A stretch of 64,000 nt of DNA from the human T2T-CHM13v2.0 reference genome, Homo sapiens. Shown here one piece after another: positions 41,464 to 58,490 of this stretch (within the stretch, counting starts at the first letter, position 1; each line of letters starts with the position of its first letter). The stretch lies in the NCBI RefSeq assembly GCF_009914755.1, contig NC_060927.1; one strand, given 5' to 3'. A model generated the notes under the pieces. That model worked only from the letters and a program-made list of their open reading frames with translations, did not search any database and had not been told where the DNA came from. Made by a program: the position numbers and the translations under genes.

Positions 41464-44400
41464 TTCCTTGGAAATTTAATTTGATATAGAAATGTTTATA
41501 TATTCTTAAAGCTGATTAATGAATGATATTCTGTTCCATCTCTGTGCCTTTTTTGTATGCCTGTCTCTGACACTTAATTTTGTGTTGATGAGTAATTTCT
41601 CCTCTCTGCATCAGACACCTTTTGTTTTTTAACTGTATATTTTTTTCCTCCTGGCTTACAATGTCACAGTTTGATGCTTAGTTTACTTGATAAGAGTTTG
41701 GGCACAGCATTTGCGAATATCTGATGAATTAGCAAGTAGAAAGGAATTCCCATGGCTGGCTTGGTTCAGGGGAGCTTTGCATCAAAAACAAGCCAGTACA
41801 CCTCCATGAGTCCTTAGGCAATATCAGAGCAGAGGTGACAGAGATGTTTAGAATCAGGAATCTTGTGTATTTAGGGAACCCACTGGTGTAAGAAAAGGAG
41901 TTGTTAATGTTGGTGCTGTATAGCCAGGGCCGTGGGAATATGTGTATGTAAACGGTGGGAGACAACTTCTGCTTCAAGCTCTACCTTCCCTCTTCTAACC
42001 TGTATTGGAATTCAAAATTCAATACACCAAGCGCTTTCTCCCTGTCTTCTTCCCACCTCCTAATTTTGTTCTCAGGAGAATCTGTTCATTTCCAGGGCCT
42101 CTGAGGTATAGCACCCTTATGATTATGCCAAAAATTAAAATATTCACAGTGTCAGGGGAAGTAGAATGAATATGTGATGCTGGTATATGTAGGTGATAGG
42201 GAGTGGTGGGAGCTGTGGTGAACAGGCCTTATATAAATTGAGCAGCTACTACTTAGCTCAAACCAGGTGAGTGCAGGGGCTCAGTGTGACCAGATGTTCT
42301 GATAATTAGAAAAGAGAATGTACAAATCCAGACTTTTATGAGTATTTTCTCAACTCAAATTTTAAAGAAATGTTGTGTGTCCAAGAAAGTATTCAGATTT
42401 GCCCTCTATGCTAACAGTTTGTAACTTCTGTGATATTTTTAAAATTTTTGCATGTGGTTAGGTGGTAAAAGCTAGCCACAGAATTGGTTTATTAGCAGCC
42501 TTATACCCTAATCTAATGATCTCATGATATGTGTATCCCAAAACAGATATGTGGAAAAACTGATGACAAGGTCCATTGAGGCCATGTTGGCTCTAAATGG
42601 CTGTCATTCAGTTCATTCAGTTGTTGGTATGGACCATTTGGTAGAGGATCCAGGAGAAGAAAGAAGGCTGTGAATTTTTTGTTTTCTCTCTGTGGCAGCA
42701 GCTGGGTTTGTTAGCACAGGCCTAAATCGTGCTGTTGGTCTCTGAAAGAATGCTAAAAAGAAATGTGGATTTTTATGTCAGTTACACCCTGATCTCAGTT
42801 TAGCCCAAGAAACAGGCTGCCATATTTATGCCTCCTGGAGTTTGGCTTTCATATACATGAACAAATGTATATACAATTAAATAATAGTGCATATCCTTCA
42901 GTTCAACTTTGTTTATGGACTTGCATTTTATTTGGCAAAAAATGAATGTTGTGTCTTTTGTAAATGATATTGATATCATAGAACTATCTTGTAATAAAAT
43001 GTAAAACTATAAAGTGATTTCTGATTTTAGTGTATGTTATCTTGGAGTTGAGTGTTCCCGGGAGGCTTGTGTGTGTTTATTGTGTTGCTTGGCAATTACA
43101 TTTAATGAAAGCAGCATGATTGGACTTGGCCACTTAGCATTACTTAGGCACCAGCCTGCATTTCTTTGTGCCTTTTGTGTCTTCTTTTCACTTACATTTT
43201 ACTTTAATTTTTTTTGTTATAAAGTGCTTTAAACCCATAGAAAAATTAAAAAATAAATAAAGTTAATCAATTTCTGTGTACCTATCACTCAGATTGAACA
43301 AATGTTAATATTTTAACATATTTGCTTCATTTTCTATTTTTTTAGACTATTACAGCGAACCCCTCCTTCCTTTCCAGTTCTTTTCTCCTTCCTACCTCCC
43401 CAGAGATAACCACTATCCCTGACGTTCTCTTCTGTCCTTCCCATGAGGGTTTTCTGTCCACCAAAAAGATATAACCAGTTCTGGCTTTTAGGAAAGTAGA
43501 TATTTTAACACCAGAAAGCAGCCATTACCTTTTTAGAAGCTCATCTGCTACTAAATTTTCAAGTTGTATTTAGGACCCTAACGAGCGGAGGCTTCGTGCA
43601 TCATTAACAATGTCAGGATGTTTCTCAAAAGTGATCGGCACCTCTATTTCTCTATCTGACCCCTCCTGGTAGTGAAGCTGCAGCGTTTAGGGCAGGTCTC
43701 AGAAGACTTTCAACTTTAATATATATATTCAGCTTTAATATGTAATATATAAATATATATGTGTGTGTATATATAGAGTTGGAGGTCTATATATATAAAT
43801 ACCTAGTATAATGTATATATTAAACCTAGCATCATCTACGTATATAAAATCATCCTTCCATGCTTAATTTTAATAATCAAAATAGTAAGGTAGCCCGTCT
43901 AATTTTGAGTATAACATTTTAATGCAAAACTCTTCTTAAAGACAAGGGGTTTTCTGGCAGTGGGTTAGGTCTCAGTTCGGCATATACCTTCACTTCCTGC
44001 TAAGGAGGGTAGGGAGTGAGTGCACATGTGCATTAGCCGGTGTTGTTTTATTTTCTAAAAAATCTTTTTATTGCAAATGCCTGCCTCCTGGGATGGTGAA
44101 ACTATCCTTATCAGTTGACTATAAGAAGCATTCAGTATGCTGAATACTTTTGAAGTGCAGCAATTTGCAGTAATTTATGGTTGTTACGTAAGATCTTTAA
44201 GCCTTGAGTCTGTGCTGTAATTTGTCTGGGCGTGTTTATGTTTCCTTTGGTTTCATTGGACCATGCTGGGTAAGGCAGTGTTCAGCTATACAGATGACAG
44301 GTGGTTCCCCATTTATGGTGTTGGGACAGGTTTAACTGTAGTGTTGTCATTTAGGAATAAAGGAGAATTAGAAGAGGCATTTATTTAGTTGGGCCTCAGT

Positions 44401-44477
44401 AGAATAATAAATGATAGTCATTTGTTTAACTGAGCCTCAATAGAATAATGAGCCACAGACTTCTATATTAGGACTAA

Positions 44478-46455
<1,978 letters not shown>

Positions 46456-47234
46456 CTGAAATAATGTTAATGGTCGTAGTTCCCAGTTTGGGTTGGTCAA
46501 ATGTGGAAGGGATTTGAGGTTTTGAAACCTCAATGACTTTGAAAAGTAAGTTTTGACCCCTGGAGATTATCTGGAACTCTACTCAGAGACAAAAACCCTG
46601 CTGCACGCAGGTAAATCACCGGTGCCTCACCCAAAACAGCAGCACAAACATTAAGCCAGCAGTTCTTGGATCTCTGGGAAAAGCATGTGGGTTTGAAGGA
46701 AAATATTGATTGTATTAGTCAGGGATGGAACACTGTGTACTTGTTACAGTTAATGCCAGGTGTGTAGTCAGCTGAACTTCAGGTTTTCCAAAGGGTTCAT
46801 TCATTAGTAGGACCCCGGAAGTATTTATTGTCTTTTCTTTTAGATAGATTTTGACTAGAGTTTTTGCTTTTCACTGTAAGTACCCCCTCCACCTCTCCAA
46901 GATCATGTACTATGCATGTATGAAGAAATGACTGTTGCAACACCAGTGTTTGTTATGTTAAGTTCGGTGATGGAACCAAAACCATATTTGCCAGCTGTGC
47001 CCTGACCTGATTTATTTGCCATGGGGTGCGTTTGTGTAATTTCCATCACCTTGAAATGCCAGATACCTTTGAAAAGGGTGTTCTCTGTTCAGCACCTAAT
47101 AGAGTCATCCTCTACTGCACTCTTCTTTTGTACTTGCTGACATGTGGCTTTATCAGTAATCTTAAGTCATTGGAATGTTTCTTCAGTTTGCTCAAATATT
47201 TTGAACTCTGTAGTCAGAAATGGTTTGATTTCTT

Positions 47235-47394
47235 AAAGTATTTTAATTTTAATTAAAATATTTTAAGTAAAGTATTTTAATTTTAATTAAAATATTTTAA
47301 CTAAAGTATTTTAATTTTAATTAAAATATTTTAACTAAAGTATTTTAATTTTAATTAAAATATTTTAACTAAAGTATTTTAATTAAAGTATTTT
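47235..47394. repeat. 34-bp AT-rich minisatellite (4 full copies plus partial)
   Basis: Unit AAAGTATTTTAATTTTAATTAAAATATTTTAACT. Confidence 0.95.
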
Positions 47395-48123
47395 TCAGCT
47401 CTGTGCTAAGTGTGACTAACAGTGCAATGGGAGATCTAGAATTCAGACCTCAGTCTCTGGTTCTGGGCTCAGCTCTTAAAGCACACATAGTGTACCTGTG
47501 GGAGACTTTCTGGAATTGCAGGATGAGAAAGGAAGATTTGAAAAGCAGGAATTTTATTATAAATATCATTTCATTCCATTGAAAATGCAGCAGACACTTT
47601 GGCATCTTAGTAGTTTGAGGTGATGGGACTTATTATTTTAGAATTTACTCTGTGCTTATTGTGAAAGACATACTATTTTCTAGTAAAAATCAGAGCTCAA
47701 CAAATGTAATATACCTGAATGTCATTCTGTTTGCAGAAATGCTTAATGCATTTAAACTTATTCTTTTCCCTAAATTTTCACATTTGTCTGAATTTTCAGT
47801 TGTTTGTGACTTGTTGCTTAAAATAGTAATTTCTGTAGTTTTATAATTTTTCATTTACAGTTTGGCAACGCAGCAGTCTCATAAGATTAATTTTTTACTT
47901 TAGATGGTGACTAAAACCTTTTACCATATCTTTTTTTGTGTGTGTATAAGATATGGAAAATTATTTTCACTTTTTATAACTGGCTCACATTTAGCTCACA
48001 TCATGGTTTAAACAGAACTGCAAGCACATACTAGTCCACATTTTCAAGTTGGCTTGTGGGTCTTCTGGAATCCTTGTGTCTTTATAAACAAAAATAGAGG
48101 CCCATGTGCCTAGACCTGAGATC

Positions 48124-48554
48124 CATGGTTTGGATATTTTTCCCCTCCAAAACTCATATGGAAATTTAATTCCTGATGTAGCAGTATTGAGAGGTGGAGC
48201 CTTTAAGAAGTAATTAGATCATGAGGGCTCTGCCTGCGTGAATAGATTAACAGCCGCAGATTACTGGGCTAATGGATTAATGAATTATCATGGGAGGGGA
48301 GCAGGTGGCTTTATAGGAAGAGGAAGAGAGACCTGAGCTAGCTCGTTAGCATGCTTAGCCTCCTTGCCATATGATACCCTGCACCACTTCGGGGCTCTTC
48401 AGAGTGTCCCCACCGGCAAGAAGGCTCTCACCAAATGTAGCCCCTCAGCCTGGAACTTCTTAGCCTCTATAACTGTAGGAGATAAATTTCTTTGCTTTAT
48501 AAATTACCCAATTTCAGGTATTCTGTTGTAAGCACCCCAAAACGGACTAAGACA
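48124..48554 (+). mobile_element. MST-type MaLR LTR
   Basis: ATGGTTTGGATATTT.TCCCCTCCAAAACTCAT...ATAAATTACCCA...AAACGGACTAAGACA. Confidence 0.85.
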
Positions 48555-48725
48555 TACCCCAATTAGAATTACTACTCTAGCTAAGAGAGATAAAGGTGGG
48601 GGACTACTTAGCTTGGGCCAGGGACTGGGCTCTGTATGTGGTCTTGCTTTTTATGTATAATTAGATTATGGTACATTTCTGAAAATTAACTTGACTTATG
48701 TAAGCAATATATAATATGTCCTTCA

Positions 48726-48885
<160 letters not shown>

Positions 48886-51647
48886 GAAGAAGAGAAGAAG
48901 AAGAATTGGGACATTTCAGATTAGACTAAAGGCTCTTTTGGTCATTTGTGCAATCCCAGTCTCTATCCCCTTCTCCATAGATAATGCTGCTCTCAATTTG
49001 GCAATACTCTTCTGAAAATCCACATATATACATTTAAGGAAACAATATAGATTACCCATATTTATGTAAATATACAGACTATTTATAATATACAGCTTGT
49101 TTCTTTTCTGCACTATGTGTCTTATAAGTCATTTCATATCTACACATGATCTACAGTGTTATAACTGCATTAATACATAGGATGGATATGCATTTAGCCA
49201 TCTTTACTGGGGGAGTGTCATACATGCTTTAAGAATCTAATAAAAATTATGAGCCATAGGCTTTCTCTGTAGAAAAATGCACACATGTATACATGTAAAT
49301 TTTTTTTAATAATTTTTGTTTTTTCAGTTTTAGTTGGAGAGTATTTTTTTCTTGACTTTATTTCCAAATACTAGGAGCACCTTAGTGTAGCTTGTTATGT
49401 ATTGAGTACAGTTTCCATGTTGTTAATATCACTTTAAAAAGTTTTTCTGTATCTGCATTGTTGCAGCGTTGGAACTTTATGTAACTCCTAAAAATATAGA
49501 CAGAGATTGAGGAAAAAACTACTCTGGTTGGAGCTCACTAATTAAAGGGCAACTGAGTGGTAGATCTGCCAATATTTATGTAATTGATTCTTCTGAGAGA
49601 ACAGTGAAGTGTTGGGATATGGGGGTGTGTGCACCAGTTGCCCGAGGGTAGGCAGAGATCAGAAATGACAGGTGCTCCAAGAAAGCAGGAGGAGATGAAA
49701 ACACGGTTAGTTAATTGTTATGGGCATAACTACAAAGGCAGATGTTTCAACTACAAACCTACAACAGGGTCCAGACAGAGAGGGTCTTCTTACTTCATTG
49801 AGTAGAAAATCGATGAGAGAGATTGATGAATTCATTGTCTTCATCAAGGGCCTGCCCCACATGAAGTTCTGTCTATGGCAGGCCCTGGAGATAGAGCAAG
49901 AACAGACTCCACCTTGCATTCATGTCCTTGTAAACAACCTGAATGGCGAGACAGATGTCAGATATCAAATCATCCCATAGATAAATGCATAATTACTATT
50001 GTGGTAAAGCTGTGAATGACTTACTGGTGCTGCTGCAAGATCTGCTAGAAAAGAGCACCTGTCTGGGCAAGGTGCGGTCAGTGGAGAGCAGGTGTCAGAG
50101 GAGGTAATGTGAGCTGTCATCTGGAGGGTCCAGGACGATAGCTGGTGGGGCACAGTTGGGGAGTGGCAGGGTAGAAGAGTCTCAGGTAGAGAAAATGTCA
50201 TGTGCACAGACATTTGGGGTGATGGTGGGTAAGAGGAGTTGGGATAAGGCCAGTGCAGCTGGAACATCTTGATCTCCTTTGTGGGTTTTTCCTCATTCCT
50301 CTGTTCTCTAAATTTTGGAGGGCCCCTGGGCTCATCCTTGGGCCTCTTCTCTTACCTGCACTCATGTGGTGGTTTTATCAATCTTGTACTTTTAAATATA
50401 TCATATACTCGGATGACTTCCAAGTTATTGCTTACTATGAAATCGAATTAAATTTTGGACTTATTCTCAACTAGCTATTTCTTTTGGGGAGTTGGAAGGG
50501 ATACATTCAAGAATAATAGCAGTCTGTAGGAAGAGAAGGCTCAGGGATGTTGAAGAGTTCTGAATAACTGCATAGAAAGGCTTTTTCATACTGACTTTGG
50601 ATTGCAGATTCATCTATGGGATTCTTGTATTTGCCCTGTTGAGCTTAATGTATCCTCTTGTGGGGTCTCCTTCCTCAGTCCAAAGATAGGGCTATTTCTC
50701 AGGGCCACATCCACACAGTGGTTGGTCTCCATGATGATTGGAGAGTGTTGTCACCTTTAAAATTACTATTGAATCTTTAAATAAGGAATCCTTAAAAATT
50801 TGTTACTCAAATTTTGTGGATTTATCTGGAGCACATATAGCCTGTTAATTCTCTAGATTATTAGCCTGTACTCTAATATCTTAATATTAGGATGTTTATT
50901 ATCTATATTTCTATTATTTTGAGGAGATAAGAACTATACAGTCAGTGGACAACTTCTGTAGCAGGAAGTATTATTGACAGTAAAATAAAATTGCAGATTA
51001 TTTCCCTCTTTGTAGGAAATAAGCCTATCCAACTATAATAATACAAAAATGGAGCAATTTCCACTTAGCCTGGTTAGAAACCCTGCTTCTGGTAGTGGAG
51101 TGCAAAGGAGTCTGATTGTTGTGTGCCCACCTGGGCAACAGGGAGCCCTTATATCCACATGGGTCCAAAGTCTCTGAATGAGCAGACTGAGTTGCAGGAT
51201 AGCTGTTAGCTCTGGGATCATCACAGTATTGATTTGTTTACATGCAGTTAAATTACTGACCACATATTTGCAGGAGACTTATTGTGTACCAGGATTGTGT
51301 TAGGTAATTTCAGATACAGTTTATGTAGTCCCGGGACAATGCCACGAGGGTAAGTACAAATTCTTTACTTTGTAACAAGTCAGCTGAGAGGCCAGGATGT
51401 TAAATGCGGCTGCTAGTTAAGGTCTTGAGATTACTTGGAACAGCCTCTGCAGTGACCTCAAAAGATGGATACATGTACCTAGGGCTCTGGAAGAGCAGGA
51501 ACTATGTTTCTCCCAGGTGCTCAGCCAATAATGTGACTGCAACTCTGACTTGGGCTTTTTTTTCTTCTCATAAATTGGCTTATTTTCCCTTTTTACTATG
51601 CTTGTCTTTTTCCTGAAAGCTCCTGAATACTCAGGGTTTCTGAGTGC

Positions 51648-51940
51648 TTTTTTTTTTTTTTTTTGAGACAGTCTAACTCTGTTGCCCAGGCTGGAGTGCA
51701 GTGGCACGATCTCAGTTCACTGCAACCTCCGCCTCCCATAAGCGATTCTTCTGCCTCAGCCTCCTGAGGAGGTGGGATTACAGGCACACGCCACCACGCC
51801 CGGCTAATTTTTGTATTTTTAATAGAGACAGGGTTTTGTTATGTTGGTCAGGCTGGTCTCGAACTGCTAAGCTCAGGTTATCTGCTCGCCTCGGCTTCCC
51901 AAAATGCTGGGATTACAGGCATGAGCCACCATGCCCAGCC
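51648..51940 (-). mobile_element. Alu (AluS-type)
   Basis: Reverse Alu dimer. Confidence 0.95.
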
Positions 51941-51974
51941 TCTGAGTTCTCATAACTTACACTTGAGCACTTGA

Positions 51975-52325
<351 letters not shown>

Positions 52326-53275
52326 TTCCATCCTATTTTTGAAAGGATGTAGGCCAGAATGCCAAAGTGAGTTACACAGTTTAGTTGCCCAGTTTAGTTC
52401 CTTGAGAAAGAGAATTATATTGGCTCAGCTACTTTGCCCCCGCTTAATAGGTCACTAGAACATGTATTGTCATTTAGCTAGGTGCTTAACTAACTCTGCT
52501 CCAGTCAGCTTTGGCCTCCATGATGTACTATGGCACAAAATGTGGTCCCTTGGGGCTGCTGCTTTTGCAGAGGCTGTGAGTAGAATGGTTTTTCTTGTAG
52601 AGGTCCATGGAAGTGTTAAACGACATGACTGACTGACTTTTGTCTAGTGTAAATTTATACATCATGGAGTGGACATTGTAACCATGGTCTTTATCAGCAG
52701 CTTAACATGATAAGAAATATGTTTTACCTTATAAACCAGTATGTGTGTCTGAATGTGTATGTTTGCACATATGTATGTGTGTATATATCTCAAAGAAATT
52801 TTACAAGGCAGGAGTTACTTTATACTTCTGCTTGCAGTGTACTATAGTATTTTTAATTTTTTTCTGTTCTGTTACATTTAAATAGATAACGATCACTTCA
52901 TGATAAGACTTTATTTTGCATTCAATGCCAGTTTATAACTTATAATTTGAACAGTGGTAATATCTGACTCCAAAATTCATTTGTTTTCCACTGCACTGTA
53001 GTGAATGAGGCAAACAAAACAAGGCTAAAACCCAGCCTACCCTCCAGGAGCTTAGAACCTAGAGCAGAAGACAATAGAAATGAAATGTCTGAATGATATT
53101 TTGAAAGGATGTAGGACAGAATGCCAAAGTGAATGACACAGTTGAAATCACAGAAAGCAGTGAAGTGAAGATGAGGAAAGTTTTGTCTATAGGATGTAAC
53201 TTAAACTAGATGGGCTATTTGGGCAGAAGAGGAGAAAATAAAAGTAATGAAGGTGTAAATTGCTTGAATAAAACT

Positions 53276-53444
<169 letters not shown>

Positions 53445-55261
53445 TAGGCAAAGGGAAGAAGAAAGATAGGACTTCTGTGTCTGTTTCTCAGATCTCCGTA
53501 CAATAAGGTAATTCCTGTCCAAAGAAACCACTGCCTGCTTTGTACATCTAATGGAAAGCATCAGTTTACTCTATTACCCATTTTTCAGAAACAGATTTTG
53601 CTCAGGTTAGATTTTTATTGCAAAATCTCAGAAATTCAGAGTCGCTGTTGTTCTAAGTAGCTTATTGTTTTGGAGTTTCTCATTCCTATCCACTGGTCAT
53701 TTTACAAAAATAGCAAGCAAAAATAAAATAGCAACTAATATATTGGCATCACCTTTAGAAATAGGTGTTCTTTTCTTCCGCAAGAGAGGAACATCAGACC
53801 TGTTGTACCTTCCTTAACCCCTTGACTCATACCTTCACTATGTGTAAATGGCATCATTCTCAGTTACGCAGACTCCTTTATCCTCCTTTATCTCTCATGC
53901 TTGCAGATTGGCCTGTCATCACTTATTTTCAGCACTGCCTCATAAGCTATTGCTCAGTTTGGACTTGATTAAAATCTTTCTTTCTTATTGCCTCCCTTTA
54001 CCTTAGCTTCTCATTTCTTTTATCTACAGGTGGTCATCTCTCATTTCTCTAGTTTCTCTTTGGGGCAGCAACAAAGAAATAGAGATATTATTGGCACCTT
54101 TAAACAGTTCTACTTGTCTGCCCTACTCGTTTTGTTTCTTTTTTGGGAGAGGATGTTGAAGTAGTATTTTAGTTTTTGTTATTCGAAGTGTTGCTTTAAT
54201 TGCAAAGCCAAGACATGTTTATTACAGAAAAATCAGAAAGTACCAATAGATAAAAAAATTGAACTATCTCTTTCTATTCAATCACTATTAACATTTTTGT
54301 CTATAACTTTTCAGATTTAAAAATATATAGAAGGATTGTCTTTTACGCAAAAATCAATAATGTAGTAATAGTTTTGTCACTTTTTTCCCTTAACAGTGTC
54401 GTAAATATCTTTTCATGTTATTAAGCCTGCTGTTTTGTCACCTTTTTTTAACAGTGTTATGAATGACCTTCTATGTCATTAAATATTCTTCTACAACCTT
54501 TTTAAAGCCCACATACTAGCTCCTCAAATAAGTGGATGTTTAGCTCTTTTAACCAATTTCTTGTTGTTAATCATGTGTGTGTTTCTAATTTTTCAATTTA
54601 AAATTCAAAATTTAAGGCTGATTAAGTTTTTTAAAATAATTATTTTTGAACTACTGAAGTAAAAGAAATACATTCTCCTTATTAAAATATTAAATGTAAC
54701 AGTTAAGACTGAAAGCTGCTTAACTTTACCACCATTCCCAACCCCTCAGCTGTTAACCACTGCTATAAGTCTGGTCTGTCCCCCAGTATTTTATTAAATA
54801 GTGCACGTTTAAAAATTGTTAGTCTTCGGTTAAATTATAGAATTGCCCTTTACCCTGAATTTATTCCCTTTCATCCTTGTTACTTCTGTGTCATTAGCTT
54901 TTCATGTATTTGTTAACCTCATTTTCTCTTCTTAATTTAGCTGATAGATACATGAGAACTGCATCTCTTGCTCATTTGGGGGATAGAGAATACATAAATT
55001 TTAGTCCAGGCTCAGTAGCCCACAGCGGGAAATGCAGGTTAGAGAGAGCCACAAGGAAAAGAAGAATTTGTTTGGTGGTAGAAATGTCAGGATTGATCAA
55101 CAAGTTAAATGACCAGGGAGCCCTGCTGACAGCTTAGCTTTCACTGCAGCAGAAGCCAGGAAGCCAATGAGAGATGTTGTTTCTGGGGCATTCAGGGGGA
55201 GCAACTTAATTTAGGGGAAGAGTAGCTTGCACAGCTCTTAAAAACTCTGAAGTTTTAGAAG

Positions 55262-55480
55262 GCAGTGTGCTACAGTGATTAAGAGCTCAGGCTTTGGGGG
55301 TGGACAGGCCGGCCCAAGTTTGAATCTCAGCTTTCCAATTATTAGGGTGAATGACTTAACTTTTCTGTGTCTCCGTTCTTTATTTGTAAACTAGGGATAG
55401 TAATGCCTTCCTCACAGAATTGTTACAGGGTTTAGATGCATGGAAGGAACAGTACCTGGTTCATGGTAAACATTTGATAT
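55262..55480 (+). mobile_element. MIR
   Basis: GTGATTAAGAGCTCAGGCTTTGG...TTTGAATCTCAGC...TGTAAA.TAGGGATAGTAAT. Confidence 0.7.
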
Positions 55481-57102
55481 AATGGTAGTTTGAGAAATAA
55501 ATTGAGAACCAACCAGAACTCTGAATCAGGAATTGACAAGACATGGGTAGCAAGCTGGTGAGTGCTGGCTGCGAATGAAGTAATGCACGTTTATTTCCTA
55601 AATGTACAAAGCACAGCAGTTCATTCTTGTGCATTTAATTACTTATCTGTAGTTTGTATTCTCAGCCTCATGTCTGTATTGAAATGATTTGGATTCATTC
55701 AGGAATCCTGGCTCTGTCTGTAGATGGTGATGCAGGGCATAGAGGAGCAAGTGTCCTGGTCTGCTTTATCTGAGTTTTCCATTATTTTAGCAAACTCGAT
55801 GTTGCCTGCTTGAGGCTGAGTACTTGCTATTTCTTGAGATTCGAACACTTTTTTGAGGATTATAGAATTAAGCTTAACAATAGGACATCAGAGAGATCAG
55901 CTTTTTGAACAAATTAATTTGGATGTCACTGGCATATTACCTGATGCATTTTTAAATTAAGCATATGATTTTATGATATGTGCTATTATCCTTCTACTTT
56001 TTCTTTCCTTAAAAAACGCGTTCTCTCTTTCTGTTTACCCACCACTCCCCAGAAGGATGACCCATCTTGACCTCATGTCTAGTGTTTGGTTATGCAGATC
56101 TCTGGCCCTTTGAAATTTGTGTTCTGTGGCAGCTCCTAGCTAGGAAAAGTGATGTCTTAGAACCTTTCCTTGTGGATGTAGTGGGGTTAAAGAGAGCCTA
56201 TTGGGTCTGGTTACAGAGGACACTCTTTCTGGACTCTGGCAGATTTTTCATTTTAAGGATTTCAAGCATACTCTCAAACTGCTGCTGTTCCCATGTTATT
56301 TACAGTGAAAGAACTCTAGCTCACTTGTAATTCAGGGATGACTCAGGTTACATTAAGTCTGTAGAAAGGACCTGAGAGTGATTGTGTCCTGTGGTATAAT
56401 TTTACTTTGAAATCCCTTCCCATTTGAGCTCTTGAGAAAAGAAGCCTGTAAGTAGAGAATCATCAATAGACATGAAAAGCAAGCTTACTTTCAGCAAATG
56501 GGTAAACTCCATTGAGTTTTAGCTCAGATGGGTGTTCAGTATAAATTAGTGCTTGATGGAGACAGAGTGATCTTGGATTGTAAATCTAATGTAATTTTTA
56601 ACTGGCTACATTTTTGAGTCTTTTTGGTTTGTGAGGCTTTTGGGTTCTTCCCATCTGTTTTCCCTAGTGGTGGGCAAAAATAGAAGGAATGCACATTCAT
56701 CTAGAAACACTATCGAGTCATGGAGGGTCTGAGAACAAAGAGGGCATCAGAACATAAATATCCCTGTTTACTTCACGGAAAATGATTATCTGATCAGCCA
56801 AGAGACTGGTGCTAATCTTGGTTCTCTCCACAGATGTAGGACTGGCTGTATCCATAGATAAGTTCTGTGTAAATGGCAATTTGAGGGATCTATTTGGGGC
56901 TTAGAGAACTTGGCTCATAACCTATTCCAGTTAGTAGAGTCAAAGACCAAGAAATATTACACAAAGTTTTTAGTTCTTTTACACAGTTCTCTGCAAGGTG
57001 GAGATGCTTAGTGTAACTGTGATGAGTGTAATAATGGACTCACGGTCTAAAGCTTGTCTGTTCCTTTTTAGAGTATTTATCTGAGAAGCTCAGACCTGCA
57101 AA

Positions 57103-57443
57103 GTACTTTAGTTTGGGCTGCCATAACAAAATACCATAAATTGGGTAGCTTATAAACAACAGAAATTTATTTCTCACAGTATTGGAGGCGGGAAAGTCCA
57201 AAATCAAGGCAGATTTGGTGTTTGGCAAGGGGCTGCTTTCTGGCACATAGTGCCTTCTTGCTACATCTTCACGTGGTAGAAGGGTTAGGGGTTTCTCTGG
57301 GGCCTATTTTAAAGGGCGTTAATCCCATTCATGGAGCAAAGCTTAATCACTTCTTGAAAGGCTCCACCTCCTAATACCATCACCTTGGGGGTTAGGATTT
57401 CAATATATGAATTTGGGAGGACACAAACCTTCAGACCATAGCA
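57103..57443 (-). mobile_element. MLT1A-type LTR
   Basis: GGGCTGCCATAACAAAATACCATAAATTGGGTAGCTTATAAACAACAGAAATTTATTTCTCACAG...TTCAGACCATAGCA. Confidence 0.85.
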
Positions 57444-58186
57444 CAAGGTATCAAAAAGGAAACCGGCATGATTTTAGGTGGAGTGTCTAATAATTACCTT
57501 TTGGATCTATACTTTGGGAGTTTACCCTTTTACAAATTTCATAAACTATGTTTTGGGTCTAACTAGACAGTATCATATCCATAGAAGAAATATCTTGTAG
57601 TGTTCTTTATTAGGTTTAGCCAATTACTAATTTCTATCTCATTTCGACATGCAAAATATATCAGTTATAAAGATCACAGGTCAAGAATTTCAGCACCAAT
57701 TATACAGTAAATTTGTAATTATGAATTTAAAACTATTATAACATTAGCGAGTTCTATGCATTCACTATCTTAATAAGGCACAGATGTATGCTTATATTTT
57801 TAACATGTCAAAACTGTAGTATTGTTCATTTTCTTGTTTTATTTGAATTTTTATCCACTTAAAATGCTGAAGATATAGACATATGTTCATATATTCTGTT
57901 TAAAATTCAGAATCTACAGATTTGAACAGTTTGTGAATTGGCTGGATTATACAAAATCAAGAACCTCACATTAAATCCAGTTCTTACTGCTTTGTTAAAA
58001 ACTACTTTTGCAATTTTACTTGTTGATGACATATTTAAATAAGAAATTTAAACCAGTGAGGAATAAGAAAGTTCAAATGAGGTTGCTTTGGCTGTCTGTG
58101 TGTTTAAAGGAGTGTTGCTTTGGCTGTCTACATGTTCCCATTTGTACCCAGCTGAAGCTGGTATGAAATGTATATTTTAAAAATGA

Positions 58187-58490
<304 letters not shown>

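Noticed and set aside
58082-58128. 16-bp direct repeat GTTGCTTTGGCTGTCT
   Set aside because: A simple small tandem duplication with no further structure.
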